Positions 26,415 to 41,098 of a DNA stretch of 64,000 nt are shown piece by piece. Position 1 is the first letter of the stretch. Each line of letters opens with the position of its first letter. Both the position numbers and the translations under genes were made by a program. The stretch lies in assembly GCF_009914755.1 (NCBI RefSeq), contig NC_060928.1. The stretch is one strand, 5' to 3'. The notes below the pieces were generated by a model that saw only the letters and a program-made list of their open reading frames with translations, searched no databases and had not been told where the DNA came from. This DNA comes from the human T2T-CHM13v2.0 reference genome, Homo sapiens.

Positions 26415-26710
26415 TTCTTTTTTATTTTTTTCTTTTTTATTTGTTTATTTCATTTATTTATTTTTTTGCATGATTGCAACTCACTGCAGCCTCAACCTCT
26501 GGGGCTCAAGTGATCCTCCCACCTCAGCTTCCCAAGTAGCTTGGACTATATAGCTGCACACCAACACACCTAGTTCGTTTTTTTATTTTTTGTAAAGACA
26601 GGGTCTGACTATGTTGCTTAGGTTGGTCTTGAACTCCCAGGTTCATGCAATCCTCCCACCTGGGCCTCCCAGTGTGCTGGGATTACAGACATGAGCCACC
26701 ATGTGCCTGA
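26415..26710 (-). mobile_element. AluJ, partial right arm
   Basis: CTCACTGCAGCCTCAACCTCTGGGGCTCAAGTGATCCTCCCACCTCAG, J-type. Confidence 0.88.
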
Positions 26711-27073
26711 CTTGCAGTAAATTTCAGTAATTTAGCCCTTGTTATAAATCTAAGTAACAGTGTGAGTGCAGGCCTCCAGAACACCTCAGTGTGTGTAAGG
26801 GTGCAAATTATATGGTGACATATGGTAGCAAAATTCTAATTCCAACGGCACCAGTTTCCAGATCTTAGTTTTTATAGCACCCTCTATCTCCAATATGACA
26901 CTAAGACCCACTTTTCCCAAAACACCAGCGAAGCCTTGTCATGAAACGTGATAGGAGCACAATCTGTGCTGTTACACTTACCTCGATTCAGATGTCCATT
27001 CCCAGAGATCTCATGTTTCGGTAACCACTTTGTCTCTTGTGAGCTGAAGCAAATAACTATGGGCACTACGTGG

Positions 27074-27364
27074 TTTTATTTTTAATTTATTTATCTGGGA
27101 CAGGGTCTTGCTCTGTTGCCCAGACTAGAGCGCAGTGGCACAATCTTGACCCACTGCAGCCTCAAACTCCTTGGCTCAAGTGATCTTCCCGAGAAGCTGA
27201 GTCTGCAAGTGCTCACCACCATGCCTGGCTAATTTTTGTATTTTTTTAGAGGCAGGGATTTGGTATGTTGCCCAGGCTGGTCTCAAACTCTTGGACTCAA
27301 GTGATCCACCTGCCCCAGCCCCTCAAAGTGCTGGGATTACAGGTGTGAGCCACGGTGCCCGGCC
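27074..27364 (-). mobile_element. AluJ
   Basis: Antisense J-type Alu; degenerate TSD CACTA(CG/AA)TGGTTTTA. Confidence 0.88.
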
Positions 27365-27483
27365 CACTAAATGGTTTTACATTGGTCTGGGTACTTTGGT
27401 TATCTTAGCATTGTTAATTTTCAGGAACCAATTTATTTGATATAGAGTATAGAGAGTTGGGATTCATTTAACCAGTGACTTGT

Positions 27484-27831
27484 TGCCATGGACTGAATAT
27501 TAGCATCCCTCCAACACTTGCATGTTGAAGCCCTAATCTCCGTTGTGTTGGTATGTGGAGGTGGGGCCTTTGGAAAGTTATTAGCTTATGAGGATGGAGG
27601 CTTCATGTAGTGCCCTTATAAGAAGAGAAATGAGAGACACAATCTCTCTTTCTGCCCTATGAGGATACATCGAGAAGGAAGCCATCTGCAAACCAGGAAA
27701 AGACTTTCCTAAACAACAGTATTAGCTAGCAATTAATCTTTGATTTCCTAGCCTACAGATAATGAGAAACAAATTTCTATTGTTTAAGACACCAAGTATT
27801 TTTGTTATATCAGTCCAAACTGGCTAAGGCA
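27484..27831 (+). mobile_element. MaLR LTR (MLT1A/MSTD-like)
   Basis: TGCCATGGACTGAATATTAGCATCCCTCC...GAGGTGGGGCCTTTGGAAAGTTATTAG...CAGTCCAAACTGGCTAAGGCA. Confidence 0.8.
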
Positions 27832-27834
27832 CTA

Positions 27835-29345
27835 GTACATTCCACAGGTAGTTATTGAGTGTATGCTATGCTTAAGGTACTGGTCTAAGGAAATGGGGGT
27901 ACGACAGTGAACAAAACGAAGCCCCTGCTAGAGTCAGTAAGATTGTTTTCTACAGGTAAACAGATAACAAATTTAAACAGATAAATAAATAAATGTCATG
28001 TTAGATGATGGAAGTATTCTGAAAAGAAATAAAGCAAAATTAATCAGGACTGGGCTTGTCAGCAACTGCTTATCCTTACTTTTCTAATGGTGTTCAGGGA
28101 ATGCCTCACTAATTGGGTGGTTCTTGAGTGATTATCAAGAAGTAGCAAGAGAGCAGTTTGCAGGTGGTGGGGAATGTGCTCTCCAATAGAAAACATTCAA
28201 GGGGAAAAGTCTTGAGAGAGGAACAGGACTGAATGTGTGAATAATGGCGAGGAAGCCATATAATAGGTGTAATGCAAGGAAGAAAGGGGAGAGAGTGGAA
28301 GGAGATGAAATCAGAGAGGAACGAAGGGTCAGATCATGAAGGGTTTTGTTATAAGGACTTTGATTAGGAGTAATATAGCAAGACATTGTAGAGTTGGGAG
28401 CAAAGGAGTGACAATATATGATTCATACTTTTTAAAGGATGATTCAGGCTTTTCTGTTTAGAATACACTATAGAATAGTAAATGCAAAAATAAATAAATA
28501 AATAATACAAGAAAAATGCACATTCACCTCTTGCCTGAATGAATGTCTTAGTCTCTGAACTGAAAGTCTACACTAGGAGGCTAGTAGTGGAGGTGTTGAG
28601 AATTGATCAAATGCTGGACATATATTAAAAGGAGTATAAACAATATTTATAAAGAAATCAATGCCAGGTGTGAGTAAGAAGGAGGAGAAAAGGGTGATTA
28701 CAAGGTGTTTGAGTTGAAATATTAGAGAATGGAGTTGTCATTTAAGAAGAGAGAAGAACAAGTTTGTGGTGGGCAAAATTGAAAGTTCGGCTCTGGTTAT
28801 GAAGTTTGAAATACCTCTTTGTCTTGTAGGATGAGATCCAGAACCCAACTGGACATGAGTCAGCTTCCTTAGAGGGGAAGTATGGGCTGGAGATACACAT
28901 TTTGGAATCATTGATCTAGAAATAAAACTAGAAGAGATTAACTAAGGACTTGATGTGAATAGAAAAGAGAAGCTGCCTAAGGATTTTCCTCCAGAACGCT
29001 GCAACATCCTAGGGTCAGGGTGATAAGGGGAGATCATCAGAGAGGTCTGAACAGAAGCAGCCTTAGTAGAAGTATATGCTAGAAATAAACAATAAAAATG
29101 TTTCCAGAAATGCAGAATATTCAACTCGTTCAACTACTGATCCTATAATGAAGAATGAGAACTAAGCACTGGTCTTGGCATCAACATAGGTAACAAAGGC
29201 TATTTGCGTACAATATTGGACAGAAAAACCTGAATAAAGTTGTTTCTACGGGAAAAGGGAATTTCTTTGGGATTTGGAGATCTGGAGTCTAACATTTTTT
29301 GATATGTTTTACTGCACTGGTGAGAAGAGAAATGGGTAAGCACCT
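27835..29345 (-). mobile_element. L2 element (3' region)
   Basis: GTTATTGAGTGTATGCTATGCTTAAGGTACTGGTCTAAGG...GACAGTGAACAAAAC, followed by a purine-rich L2 body (GGGCTGGAGATACACATTTTGGAATCATTG). Confidence 0.75.
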
Positions 29346-29361
29346 AAAGGCAAATTTTGAG

Positions 29362-29950
29362 GTTTAGTAGACTGAGAGAGCCCCTCAAAGATGTACACAT
29401 AATAATCTGCAGAATCTAGAATTATGTTACTTCATGTGGCAACAAGACTCTGCAGCTATGATCAAGCTAAGGTACTCAAGATGTGAAGAGAATCCAAGAT
29501 TATGTGGGTGGACCCAATGTAATCACAGGGTCCTTGTAAGAGGAAAGCAGGAGGGTGAGACTCAGAGAGGATGTGATGATGAAAACAGAGATGAGACAGA
29601 AAAAGAGAAAAAGACGGAGGGAAAGAGGGAAAGAGAGAGATAAACAAAGACAAAGAGAGGCAGAGACAGACAGATTTGAAGATGCTATATTGCTGGCTTT
29701 GAAGGTAGAGAACAGGGTCATAAGATAGTGACTGCGGGGAGCTCTGGGAGCCAGAAAAGGTAAGAAAATAGACTCTGCTAGAGACTCCAGAAGAAATGCA
29801 ACACTGCCAATACTTGAATTTAGTCCAGTGAGATTAACTTTAGGCTTCTGATGTTCAGGAATGTAGATAATGTATAGAAAATACATTTGTATTGTTTTAA
29901 ATCAATAAATTTGTGACAATTTGTTACTGCAGCAATATGAAACTAATGCA
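29362..29950 (+). mobile_element. MLT1D-like MaLR LTR
   Basis: CCCCTCAAAGATGTACACAT...GGGTGGACCCAATGTAATCACAGGGTCCTTGTAAG...TTTGTTACTGCAGCAATATGAAACTAATGCA. Confidence 0.85.
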
Positions 29951-30182
29951 GAGTTCAAAGAAATTTCAAAGCTTTATATGAAATATAAATCTTTCATATT
30001 TTTAAAGAAGTTGCATATTTAGTTACATATGTACCACTGAATACTGAATAGTTTAAAGGAAATATTTGTGTAACTTCAAACCATATAGAAGACTCCCAGT
30101 AATTTAAAGCTCCTCATATACTCCTTACCAATCAAAATCCCATTAATCTCTTAGAGGTAGCTACAAGTGAAATTTACAATAT

Positions 30183-30932
30183 GGTTGACCTATGAACAAT
30201 GTTGGGGTTAGGGGAACCACTCCCCATACAGCCAAAAATCAAAGTGTAACTTTTTTTTTTTTTTTTTTTTTTTTTAGAGTCCTGCTCTGTAGCCCAGGCT
30301 GGAGTGCAGGGGCACAATCTCGGCTCACTGCAACCTCCACCTCCCACGCTCAAGTGATTCTCCTGTCTCAGCCTCTTGAGTAGCAGGAATTAAAGGCACT
30401 TGCCAACATGCCTGGCTAATTTTTATATGTTTAGTAGAAATGGAGTTTCACCATATTGGCCAGACTGGTCTCAAACTCCTGGCTTCAAGTGATCCACCGC
30501 CTCAGCTTCCCAAAATTCTGGGGTAACAGGTGTGAGTCACCGCATCTGGCCCCCAAGTGTAACTTTTGACTCCCCCAAAAGGTAACTACTAATAGCCTAC
30601 TGCTGACTAGAAGCTTTGCAGATAACATAAACAGTGGATTAACACATGCTTTGTATGTTATATGTATTACTTACTGTATTCTTATAATAAAGTCAGCTAG
30701 ATAAAATAAAACATTACCAAAAAATCCAAAAAAAAGATGATCTATTTGCTATTAATTTAGTGGCAGTGGATCATCATTAAGGTCTTCATCTTCATCATCT
30801 TCACATCGGGTAGGCCTAGGGGAAGGAGGAAATGTCGTTGTTGGTGTTGCTGTTTCAGGGGTGGCAGAGGTAGAAGAAAATCTGTTTTTAAGTGGACTCA
30901 TGAAGTTCAAACCCATGCTCCAGTGTCAACTG
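30183..30932. mobile_element. Tigger2a-like TcMar element interrupted by an Alu
   Basis: Termini GGTTGACCTATGAACAATG and GTTCAAACCCATG...GTGTCAACTG; internal GTGTAACTTTTGACTCCCCCAAAA...ACTAATAGCCTACTG. Confidence 0.8.
30251..30551 (-). mobile_element. AluS
   Basis: Antisense Alu with a long T tail; TSD AAGTGTAACTTTT. Confidence 0.92.
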
Positions 30933-30959
30933 AAATTGTTTCAATGTTTTCTACTACAG

Positions 30960-31610
30960 TTTTGCCATCTAAAAATGCATCCTCTAAAATATAGTTTTGA
31001 TTGGTTTGTTTGAATGTTACATAAATGGAGACATCAGGATACATATTTTGTGTCTGGTTTATTGCACTAACATAAATTGTAAAATCTACTTATGTTCTTG
31101 CATATAAAAATCAAATTTTCATTGATATATGAAACTCCATTGTCTAAATATGCCAGAATTAAATGCTGATAAATGTTTAGTTATTTCCTTGGTTTTGCAG
31201 TTATAGACAATGTTGTTATACATCTATTAGTTAAATACCAAGAAACACAATCTATAAGCCATAGGCTACACGGAAGTTTAACTTTATTAGAAAATAAAAT
31301 ACACAAATGCCTTCACAATACAGTATCATCAGCAGGATATTAAAACTTCCTTTGGTCTACATTTTTGCCATCACTTGGAATTATCAAACACATTGATTTG
31401 TGTCTATCTGGTAGGTACATAGTCTTTGTTGTTTTTTGAAACTTTATTACTAATAAAGTAAGAACCACCAATGTTTATATTTTTTCTTGACCATTTCAAA
31501 TTTTCTATTGATTTGGCTTTTTCTTATTGACATAAAGGAGATCTTTAGGTTTTCTAGTTAGAAACAAGGTATTTTTTTTCCTCCTTTTCAATGGCATTTC
31601 TTAACCACTG
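30960..31610 (-). mobile_element. Old L1ME-type fragment
   Basis: ATAAATGGAGACATCAGGATACATATTTTGTGTCTGGTTTATTGCACTAACATAA, resembling an antisense L1M 3' end. Confidence 0.6.
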
Positions 31611-32838
31611 GAGATTTTGAACTTCAAAGACATAACTAGTGTAAAAGAATAAAACTCCAGAGTTAATATACTCCAGGTATATTGGGACATTTTGTGAGGA
31701 CATATGGATTCTGTTCTGAAAAATTAGGTAGTATCTGGTAACATGGGCTTGAAATTTGGAGTGTTTTAGGGGAAAGAGAGCAATGATCCGTAAGTTACCA
31801 TGAGGAGCAAAGAATACAACCTCATCTTCCTACCAACTGATTTGAGAGACTTGGAGAGAAATTGCCACAACCTGTGGTACCAGCAGTTCAGAAGCAACAT
31901 CTTTTGAGAAGAGCCAGGTTACAGTTAGGGCAAAAAAATAAAAGGAATAATAAAAAAAGAGATGAGATGTGTGTTCCAGAAAGGGGAGTGGAAAGGTTTT
32001 CATGTTTGGAGAGAGGTGGAAGTTTGTGCAGTGTTGTGTGAAAATAGGATTCCGTTAAGGTGTGAGACATTGCAATTTGAGAGAAAACCTGGTTACTTAG
32101 GACATTTTGTGGTGATTAACATAAACATGCAAAAAAAGCATGGAGAGATTAATCCTGGTCTCCTGAAATTATTCATTGAGACTTTGAATATTCCAGGGGC
32201 AAATGCCTGCTGTGACTTCCCTCTTTTCCTGCTAAGAGCAGGCTGCAAGCCAGGATGGAATTTGTTATCAGGAGAACAAGATCTCAAGCCCTCCTTCTTC
32301 ATTCCTTTTGGGCTTGAATAAGGGGGTTACAAAGCTACATTTTAAGAGGAACACATTTATGTAAAAATTGTTCATGGGAAAAAATCCTAGTTTTATAGAG
32401 TAGTATTTTCTATAAGTGGCCAATCTAAGGTGGAAAAGAAATTGAAAGCACTCTGAGACAAAATTTTGTTTACAAGATAGAGACAGTCAGGGCACCAGTC
32501 CAGAGAAATACTGCCTCAGGTTTAGATCATTTTGGTGGTGCAACAGTCCCAGATATCTTTCAGCCAATAACCCCGTGTCATTGTAAATCAAGCTAGTCTA
32601 GATGATTACTCTTCTGTTGATTTTTGGCAAGTGAAATAATGAACCACGGGCATGAATCAAGGAATGCTTTCTTTTCTCAGTGTTAATAAAATGTGTAGTA
32701 GTGTGTTTTGCTTTATTTCATTGCATATTTGGGGTCTGATATAGAAAAAATATAAGACAATGATATTTATCATATTTTTAAATAATTTTAAAAGGCTTTC
32801 TTGTGTATAAATAGAAATGCTGATAGAAATATTTTTTA

Positions 32839-33214
<376 letters not shown>

Positions 33215-34039
33215 TCAGCAAAGGAGAAAAATTCCAATATTATATTGATGCTCCATATCATTTAGGGCAAAGGCAAAGGCAGTATAAGTCAGGTGACTTT
33301 CTTTAACCAGTTAGAAAATGCAGGCTGCAGAGGAATGGTCCATGGTCTTGGAGAACCACATGGAGAAAAATTATTTCCAACACAGCTGCTGAAGTGAAAA
33401 GTGCAAAATCTCACCTTATTCTGACAACTTTCTTTCTCTTTTTCTTTTTGTAAGTATGTTCATATGCTTGTCTTTCTTGATTACACACACACACATGTAC
33501 TCACCACCATTTCTGTCATCATTTGGATAACGGATGCTTTATATGTTTAGGTACTAAGTTATGTGAACATAGAGAGGTATGAATGTCTAAGGACTTTTAA
33601 TGAAGTAAACCTGTAAAATTTTAAGCATAAGTATTCTTGTTTTTCAAAAAAATTGCTTTCATTTATCACTATTTTTAAAGTTTGCATAAAGTTTAAGAGT
33701 TTTCTTGTAGGTTGCAGTCTGTTAGTGAATATGAATTCTTAATAAGAACCTATGGTATGCAAAATCAATGGTGAGTTACTGAGACAGCTAATAGAGAAAA
33801 ATTGGCCACAAGATCTGAACTCTTAGAATCTACTCCAATTCATGCTTTCTGTTAGGAATCAAAGAGAATATTGGCTATAAACCTTAATTTTATGAAAATA
33901 GAAAATAAAACTGTAAAACAACCCTCCTATAATTAAGATTATGATCAAGCATAAGTCCGAAGGAAGTTGAATTCTAACTATTCCCCCATGATGGCCATAG
34001 AACTCTGTCTTTTAAGAAACCAGAAGCATCAACATTACC

Positions 34040-34195
34040 TACTCAAAATGTGTTTCGAAGAAACAACAGCATAAGCATTTGGGAGTTTGCTGGAAAGGAA
34101 GTCATGGGTTCCAACTCAGACCTACTGAGTCAGATTTGAATTTTAATAAGATCCCCATGTGATTTGTTTTCACATTAAAGTTTGAGAAAAGCTGT
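34040..34195. mobile_element. MER5-like hAT-Charlie MITE
   Basis: CAGACCTACTGAGTCAGA...TTTTAATAAGATCCCCATGTGATTTG...CACATTAAAGTTTGAGAA. Confidence 0.75.
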
Positions 34196-34496
34196 CATTG
34201 AGGATACAGAAGAATGCTCGAGTAACATTGGAGGAAATGAATGAAATATTTGAATGATATTTTCAAAAAGTATTCAGAGTTCCTTGAATTTTTAATGAAA
34301 ATAGGCAGTTGCTTTTATTCTGTCAAGATCACATCCCTGAGAGGCTACAATCCCATTGACCTCATAGTACAAAATAATTTACAAAACTGTCTAAGGAAAA
34401 TGTGTCTCAGTTTGTTCTTGAAACCATTCAGCCATATGCATGTTAATCAAATTGCCTTCCTCCTTATGGATAGAAAATGACAATCAGGATTAATTG

Positions 34497-34560
34497 TCAC
34501 CTCCTCAGAATAAACAGTAAAACAATTTCACCTCCTCAGAATAAACAGTAAAACAATTTC
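34497..34560. repeat. Perfect 31-bp tandem duplication
   Basis: TCACCTCCTCAGAATAAACAGTAAAACAATT starts at 34497 and at 34528. Confidence 0.97.
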
Positions 34561-36967
34561 TTGCAAGTCTGACACTTGGAAGAAGACTATATTTTCCAGG
34601 TCCTCAAAATCTTATTTTGTAGTTATAACTCACCATACTGTATTCAAATGAACAGCAAGATTTAAAACAATTCTTTAAATACTTAATGTATAACACGAGA
34701 AGACTCAAGATCCAGATAAAATGTACGGAGCTGCTATGGAGTTGAAGATTTGAAAATAATTTATTTTCATGGTCATATGTAAAAAAATATATATATCCCT
34801 ATATGACAGATAATTTTTATTTTATTTAGATTATGATCTATTAGATAGAAAGAGCACTGAATTATATGTTCCCCTGATGTGGGGAATAGTGAGTATCTAT
34901 TTTTAACTGTCCATTTTACTAAATAGATAATGGATATGCAACATAAATATGAATACAGTAAACATGGCCCTCTTTATGATTTCAATGGTCTATCTTTAAT
35001 TATTGTCTATTTCATAGCTTCCTTATTTATCAATGCAAATCTGTAGTTTGTGAGAATTCCTGTGATGCCAGTGTGACAACTACCTAACATTTTATTATGC
35101 CTTCCATAATATATTGTAATACTTCACTCAATATCTCGGCCTAATTTTAAAAGGAATGTACCTAGAAGTTGTCACTTTTTTAAAGATGACATGAGGTTTT
35201 ATAGTTTTGAAAAAATTTCAGCCTAATAGAGCTTTGTCATGTAGAGAAAAAAAATAGTTACTGTCAAACTTAGGTGGCAGTATAAACCAAGGTTGATCCT
35301 GGTAAGCTCATGGCAAGGAAGACTATTGTCTCAATAGTTAGTAAAGACAGAGAAAATAGTTGCTCGTTTTATTTAAAATGGCAACAAAAACAATAATAGC
35401 AACAACAACAACAAAACTAGCAGTATGTGCAACAATTGTATGGATATCTAATATGTAACCTTTTCTGACACCTTTGCTTCACATTCCCTTAAATAAGGAC
35501 CTATGTCATCAGTCAACGCAACATTCTTAACATTATATCCTAGGGCTTATATCTGATTATAATTGCCAATTATATCTGACAATTGGTAAGATCTACAAAT
35601 TGACGTCTCATTTATATCCAAACTATTTTAAATGCAATTATTTGAAGAAATTGTATAGGTAAGAAAAGAACTTATAGTTGGAGTTTTAACACACATTGTT
35701 TGATCAAATGCCCAAAAATCCAATCAGAATTGGCACATTGCCTTACAATCAATAAAACAGTGAATTAGAGTTATGTAATAGATATGATTATATTTTTTCT
35801 AGTATCTAAGTTTAGTAAGTTTATTATGGACCTTTCTTTACTGATGTTTAAGCTTACCTTGTTGAAAGATGAAAAACATAGTTGTTTTTTTCTTTAAATA
35901 TGTAGAATGCAACGTCCTTACAGATTAACTAAGCTTCAGTTTATAAACTCATTTTCATTTCATTGGGCCCCTTTAAAAAGTTAAAATACCATGAAAAGTT
36001 AATTTGAAAGATGTTTGTAGGTGGCAGTAGTTTTAAAAACATCACTTCTTAACAGTTTTCTCCAAAAGAATTTTTCTAAACCGTGTTTTCATTTTGGAAG
36101 AAAAGATCAATTATGAAATATGTGCTTATATTTGGAAAAGGTAAAGCTTACAGATGGAAAGAAAGTTAATATACATTAAATAATTTATTTTTATTAACTT
36201 ATGTGAGCTAATCCATATATATGTTTTTTTGTGTATCTACTTAGTTAATTTTGTAATCTAGCTAAAGACTAGCTTGTTTTCTAAAACTCTTGTCTAAATA
36301 AAGAGCAAATAATCAGAGACACTTGTCTGATAGCATGTGATTTTTCTTCACACCCAGCATGCACCTACATGGCCTGGAAGCAAGGGTTTTGACAGAGTAA
36401 ATGGAGTAGTGTCTTTCTGAAAAGAAGAAAAATCAATGAATCCGTATTCAGCAGAAGCACCCTGTTGGTCTCAATTGTCCAATGCTGAGCTATCAGTTTC
36501 CCTCATTGAACACAGTGCCTGGTACATTTACTTTTTTAAAGTGCACTCTCTGGATAACAAAAAAAGAAAGATAACAAGCATCAATACTGTAGGAAGTCCC
36601 CTGTACAAGCTTTCTGATAAACAAAAGTTAAGAAAAAAATAGATCGAGCTTTTCCTTAGTGTGGTGTTTAGAATGAGTTCAGAATAATATTCTCAATACC
36701 GTAACTCTCTCTGCAACATCTGTGTAAATTTCCTGAACAGATCTTTAAATATATTGTTTCCTTTACTTTCTTTATTTCTGGCACTTATAGTTATCATAAA
36801 ATCTGGATATAGTCTTCAACAGTTTTCATCTTTATTCATATACAGGGTGTTGTAATACATGATATAAGCAAGGCTGTATAATATTAAAATAATTTGTATC
36901 ACAGTTAAGAGAGAAAATATATATCAAGGAGGAAATTCTTTGGAGAAATTTCTAAAGCTAAATAGCA

Positions 36968-36991
36968 ATATATATATATATATATATATAT
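36968..36991. repeat. (AT)n microsatellite
   Basis: About 12 uninterrupted AT units. Confidence 0.95.
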
Positions 36992-39268
36992 CAATTTTGA
37001 TACAGGTTTGCTACAATATCGCTATTCAAAAAATAAATATTTATGTACCCACTATTACAAGATAATGCATAAAGAAGGTATCTCTAACTACCTCTGTACC
37101 TCCACTTAAAATCCCCGGCTATTCTATCTTGTCACTATTCTGTTGGAACCATGCACGATAAACTTGCTCTACCCAGCTGTATTTGCAATGCCTCTTATCT
37201 CTTGCCAAGCATGGCTCTGATTTCTGTATACCTTTTTATTTGGACAAGACATTAAAGGTTCTTATCATTTCCATTTCAAAGTGATCTTAGAAAAGTAGAA
37301 ACACTGAATTCAGCTCTTAACAAGACGATGCCCTTTCTAATATTGTCCTTGAAATAACATCTGTAACTTGCCTTCAATATTTTCTTCTCCCAATTCTGCT
37401 GTGGTGTTTTCACCTGCTAGATCATACAAAACATAACTAACATTTTAAAATGGAACCTATAAAACTAATGAAAGAATTGTTTTAACGTTGCCTACAGGTT
37501 TACATAAATGCTATACAAAACATACCATTGCAATTTGCTAATGTTACTGAAGGAAAACAAGATCAGCAAAGTTGCTGTACAGTCATACATCTTGCTTCAT
37601 CTGATTTTTTTTATTATTTCAGTAAGATATATGTCACAATTTTGCATTATTTTACTTTTTAATACAAAATTCACAGATATGAATGCATAGAGACTCTATT
37701 AGATTATACGTATTGGTAGATTATTATTATATTTAATTGTTTTCAATATTAGATAACATTACATGCTAAAAAATCATGACTTTTTACTTGATAAAAAGTA
37801 AGGTTTGGGTAATGAGCATAAGATAACATTATTAAAATTTAAAATCATTAAATTTTAGCAATTTTGTTACAACCCAGAGAAATGCTAATCTTACATTTTT
37901 GAATAAATAAATTAAGTCTGGATTCTTCCTTTGATTTTTCACTGGGTTAATAATACATCATGAAGTTTGGGAACCCATTCCTCATTTCCTCATTCAAATT
38001 ATGAATCTTTGAAGCAGAATTATTAAGAAACACCTATGTACATCTATGTACATTATTAAGAAACATCTATGTACATTTTACTATGTAAAATATGTACAAT
38101 AATGTACATATTTTAAACTTAAAACATATTTTTAACTTAAAATAAAAAAACATAAAATAAAAATAAATAAAATAAAAATAAAACTTAAAACATATTTTTA
38201 ACTTAAAACAAATTTTAAGTTAAATTTGTTAACTTAAAAATAAGTCAACAAATAAAAGACAGCAATATGTATGTTAGAGAAAGCAGCTACAGCAAAGCTT
38301 CTTGTTATCAGATGCCTGTGCTCCTTTTCTTACTTAGATGACATTGGCTGTGACATCTCACCATGTGTGCAAAAACAGTTCCCAGCCTTCCCTGCAGTGG
38401 ACATAAAAAGATTTGAAGGGAGGTGTTATCATTAGCACATAATGGAAGTGTCACTGTTTGAAGATAATTATGTCACCAGCTTGGGAGATGAGCAAAAAAA
38501 AAAAAAAAAAAATAGACAAAAACCCTAGAAATTTAACAAAATCAAAAATCAACCTACAAAATAATTCCTTTTAAACAGCAACAGGCAATTAGTAAAAGTA
38601 ACTAAAACTGAGATATTCTTAGCAATAACAGCAACTCAAAAGAGGAACTAAACAACCGGAAGACTGGACAAAGTGGCTGCAGTAAAAATTCTTGTCAGTC
38701 ATGCTTAATGTGATTGATGTGATATGATAGAAACCAACACTCCATAAATTAATCTAAAAAATAAATTGATTATTAATAAAGAGCCAGAAACTTTCGTGAA
38801 TGATTTGCTAAACATTATAACATTATATGGACTACTAAAAATCTTTACTATAGGTTAACTTTAAAGAAAAAGAGAGAGCATCTTTCCTTAGAAGTTAATG
38901 AGACATTTTAATGTGATAGTAATAAAAATGATGTGGCATTTTTACAATAATAAATAAATATACCACTGTAGCAAAATGGCAATCTCAGAGACAGACTCAA
39001 TATGCATGAAATTAGGCAACATGAATAAGGGGGGAAAAGATGAGATCGTTTAGTAGAAGATAGAAAAAACAGGCAAACCATATGAAAAAAATAAAAATGC
39101 TTCCCTAACAAACAAAATTTACAGAAAGCAAATTTTAAAAACATAGTGAACACATGAAGAGATACCCTACATCATTTGTAATCACAAGCACTAAAAGTAA
39201 AACAATGATTTTTGTTATTATTCTCCTCTTAGTGTTCCAAAAATTCGTGGTGTCAAGTGTTGGCCTCA

Positions 39269-39646
<378 letters not shown>

Positions 39647-39659
39647 TTACAAACATTTT

Positions 39660-40080
39660 GTGATAATAATTTTCTACTATGCTTTGCTATGGTAACAAAC
39701 TTCCCCAAATTTCTTGTGGCTCACAATAAGAAAAGATTATATCTTGCTCCTACTACATGCCAGTTGCTGGTTGGCTGCAGCTGTGCTCAACTCTCTATCC
39801 CATGTCTTCAAGTGTCTTCATTCTGGGCCGTGGACTGAAGTGGGATGCCAGATCTGGAATATGTCTTTTCATGGCAGAAAGAAGAAAGCAAGAGAGCTAT
39901 CAGGCACACTCAATGGCTCTTAGGGCTTCAACTTTGAATGAAAATAGTCATTTTGCTCACCTTTTATAGATCAGAAAATCAGGTAGATACACTTCCCACT
40001 GGAAAGTCCTGCTAGTCATACAGCAGGGGGCAGAGAAAGATGGGAGTAAATTATAATAAACAATATTATAATCTGTCACA
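39660..40080 (-). mobile_element. Old MLT1 (I/J/K-type) LTR
   Basis: TGCTATGGTAACAAACTTCCCCAAATTTCTTGTGGCTCACAATAAGAAAAGATTAT...ATAATCTGTCACA. Confidence 0.7.
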
Positions 40081-40861
40081 CATACACTATAAATCAACCA
40101 CTCTTTTCCTGGGTATACCCAAAAATGTCAAGTAATATACTAAAGTGACATGTACAGTACAAGATGTTCACGCAGCCTTCTTCATGGGTACCAGAGAGCT
40201 GGAAGCAAACCTCATGTTTGTTCCTAGAGGACTCAAAAATAGTGGTGAATTTTCATGATGGAGTATTATAACAGCAATTAGAAGCAATGAATTAATGTGC
40301 AAATAATTATCTGAGCTGATTCTAAAAACACAATTATCTGAATTTATTTTTAAAAAGCAGTGTGAGATATACGATGAATTAAAATTTCTTTTTGCACACA
40401 AAACAGAACATTTTATCAAATAAAGTGATTAAGTAAAGAAAGGATTGCCTGTATTAACAGTGATAATTCCATAAATTGATGAATATGGTGAACTCAACTA
40501 TATATCACAAAGGTATCAGTAATTGAAATTATCTCAAAAATTATTCCATATCTGACCCAATGAGATTAAATTAAAAGACAGTAGCCAAAATAACCAGAAA
40601 ATTCATATATTTAGATATTTAAAATATAATCTACATCTTAACATGGATATAATAGATATGGTAAAACTACAAAGAAAATCCAGGAAATATTGGGCACCAA
40701 ATTCTAGATAATGCTATTTGGAAGGAGAAGGAAAAAAGAGGAGTGAAAATTCCTTGTTTCTTATGTAGCTGTTTGTGCATACTGTTTATTTCATTAATTA
40801 TTGAATACAAATAATTTATCTGGGAAGAATATAAAAATAAAGTGTCATGTAAAAAGTTTAA

Positions 40862-41098
<237 letters not shown>

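Noticed and set aside
31620-32700. Possible ancient LTR or DNA-transposon remnants here and at ~52200-52700 and ~61450-61990
   Set aside because: The composition is suggestive but I could not match a family or termini with confidence.
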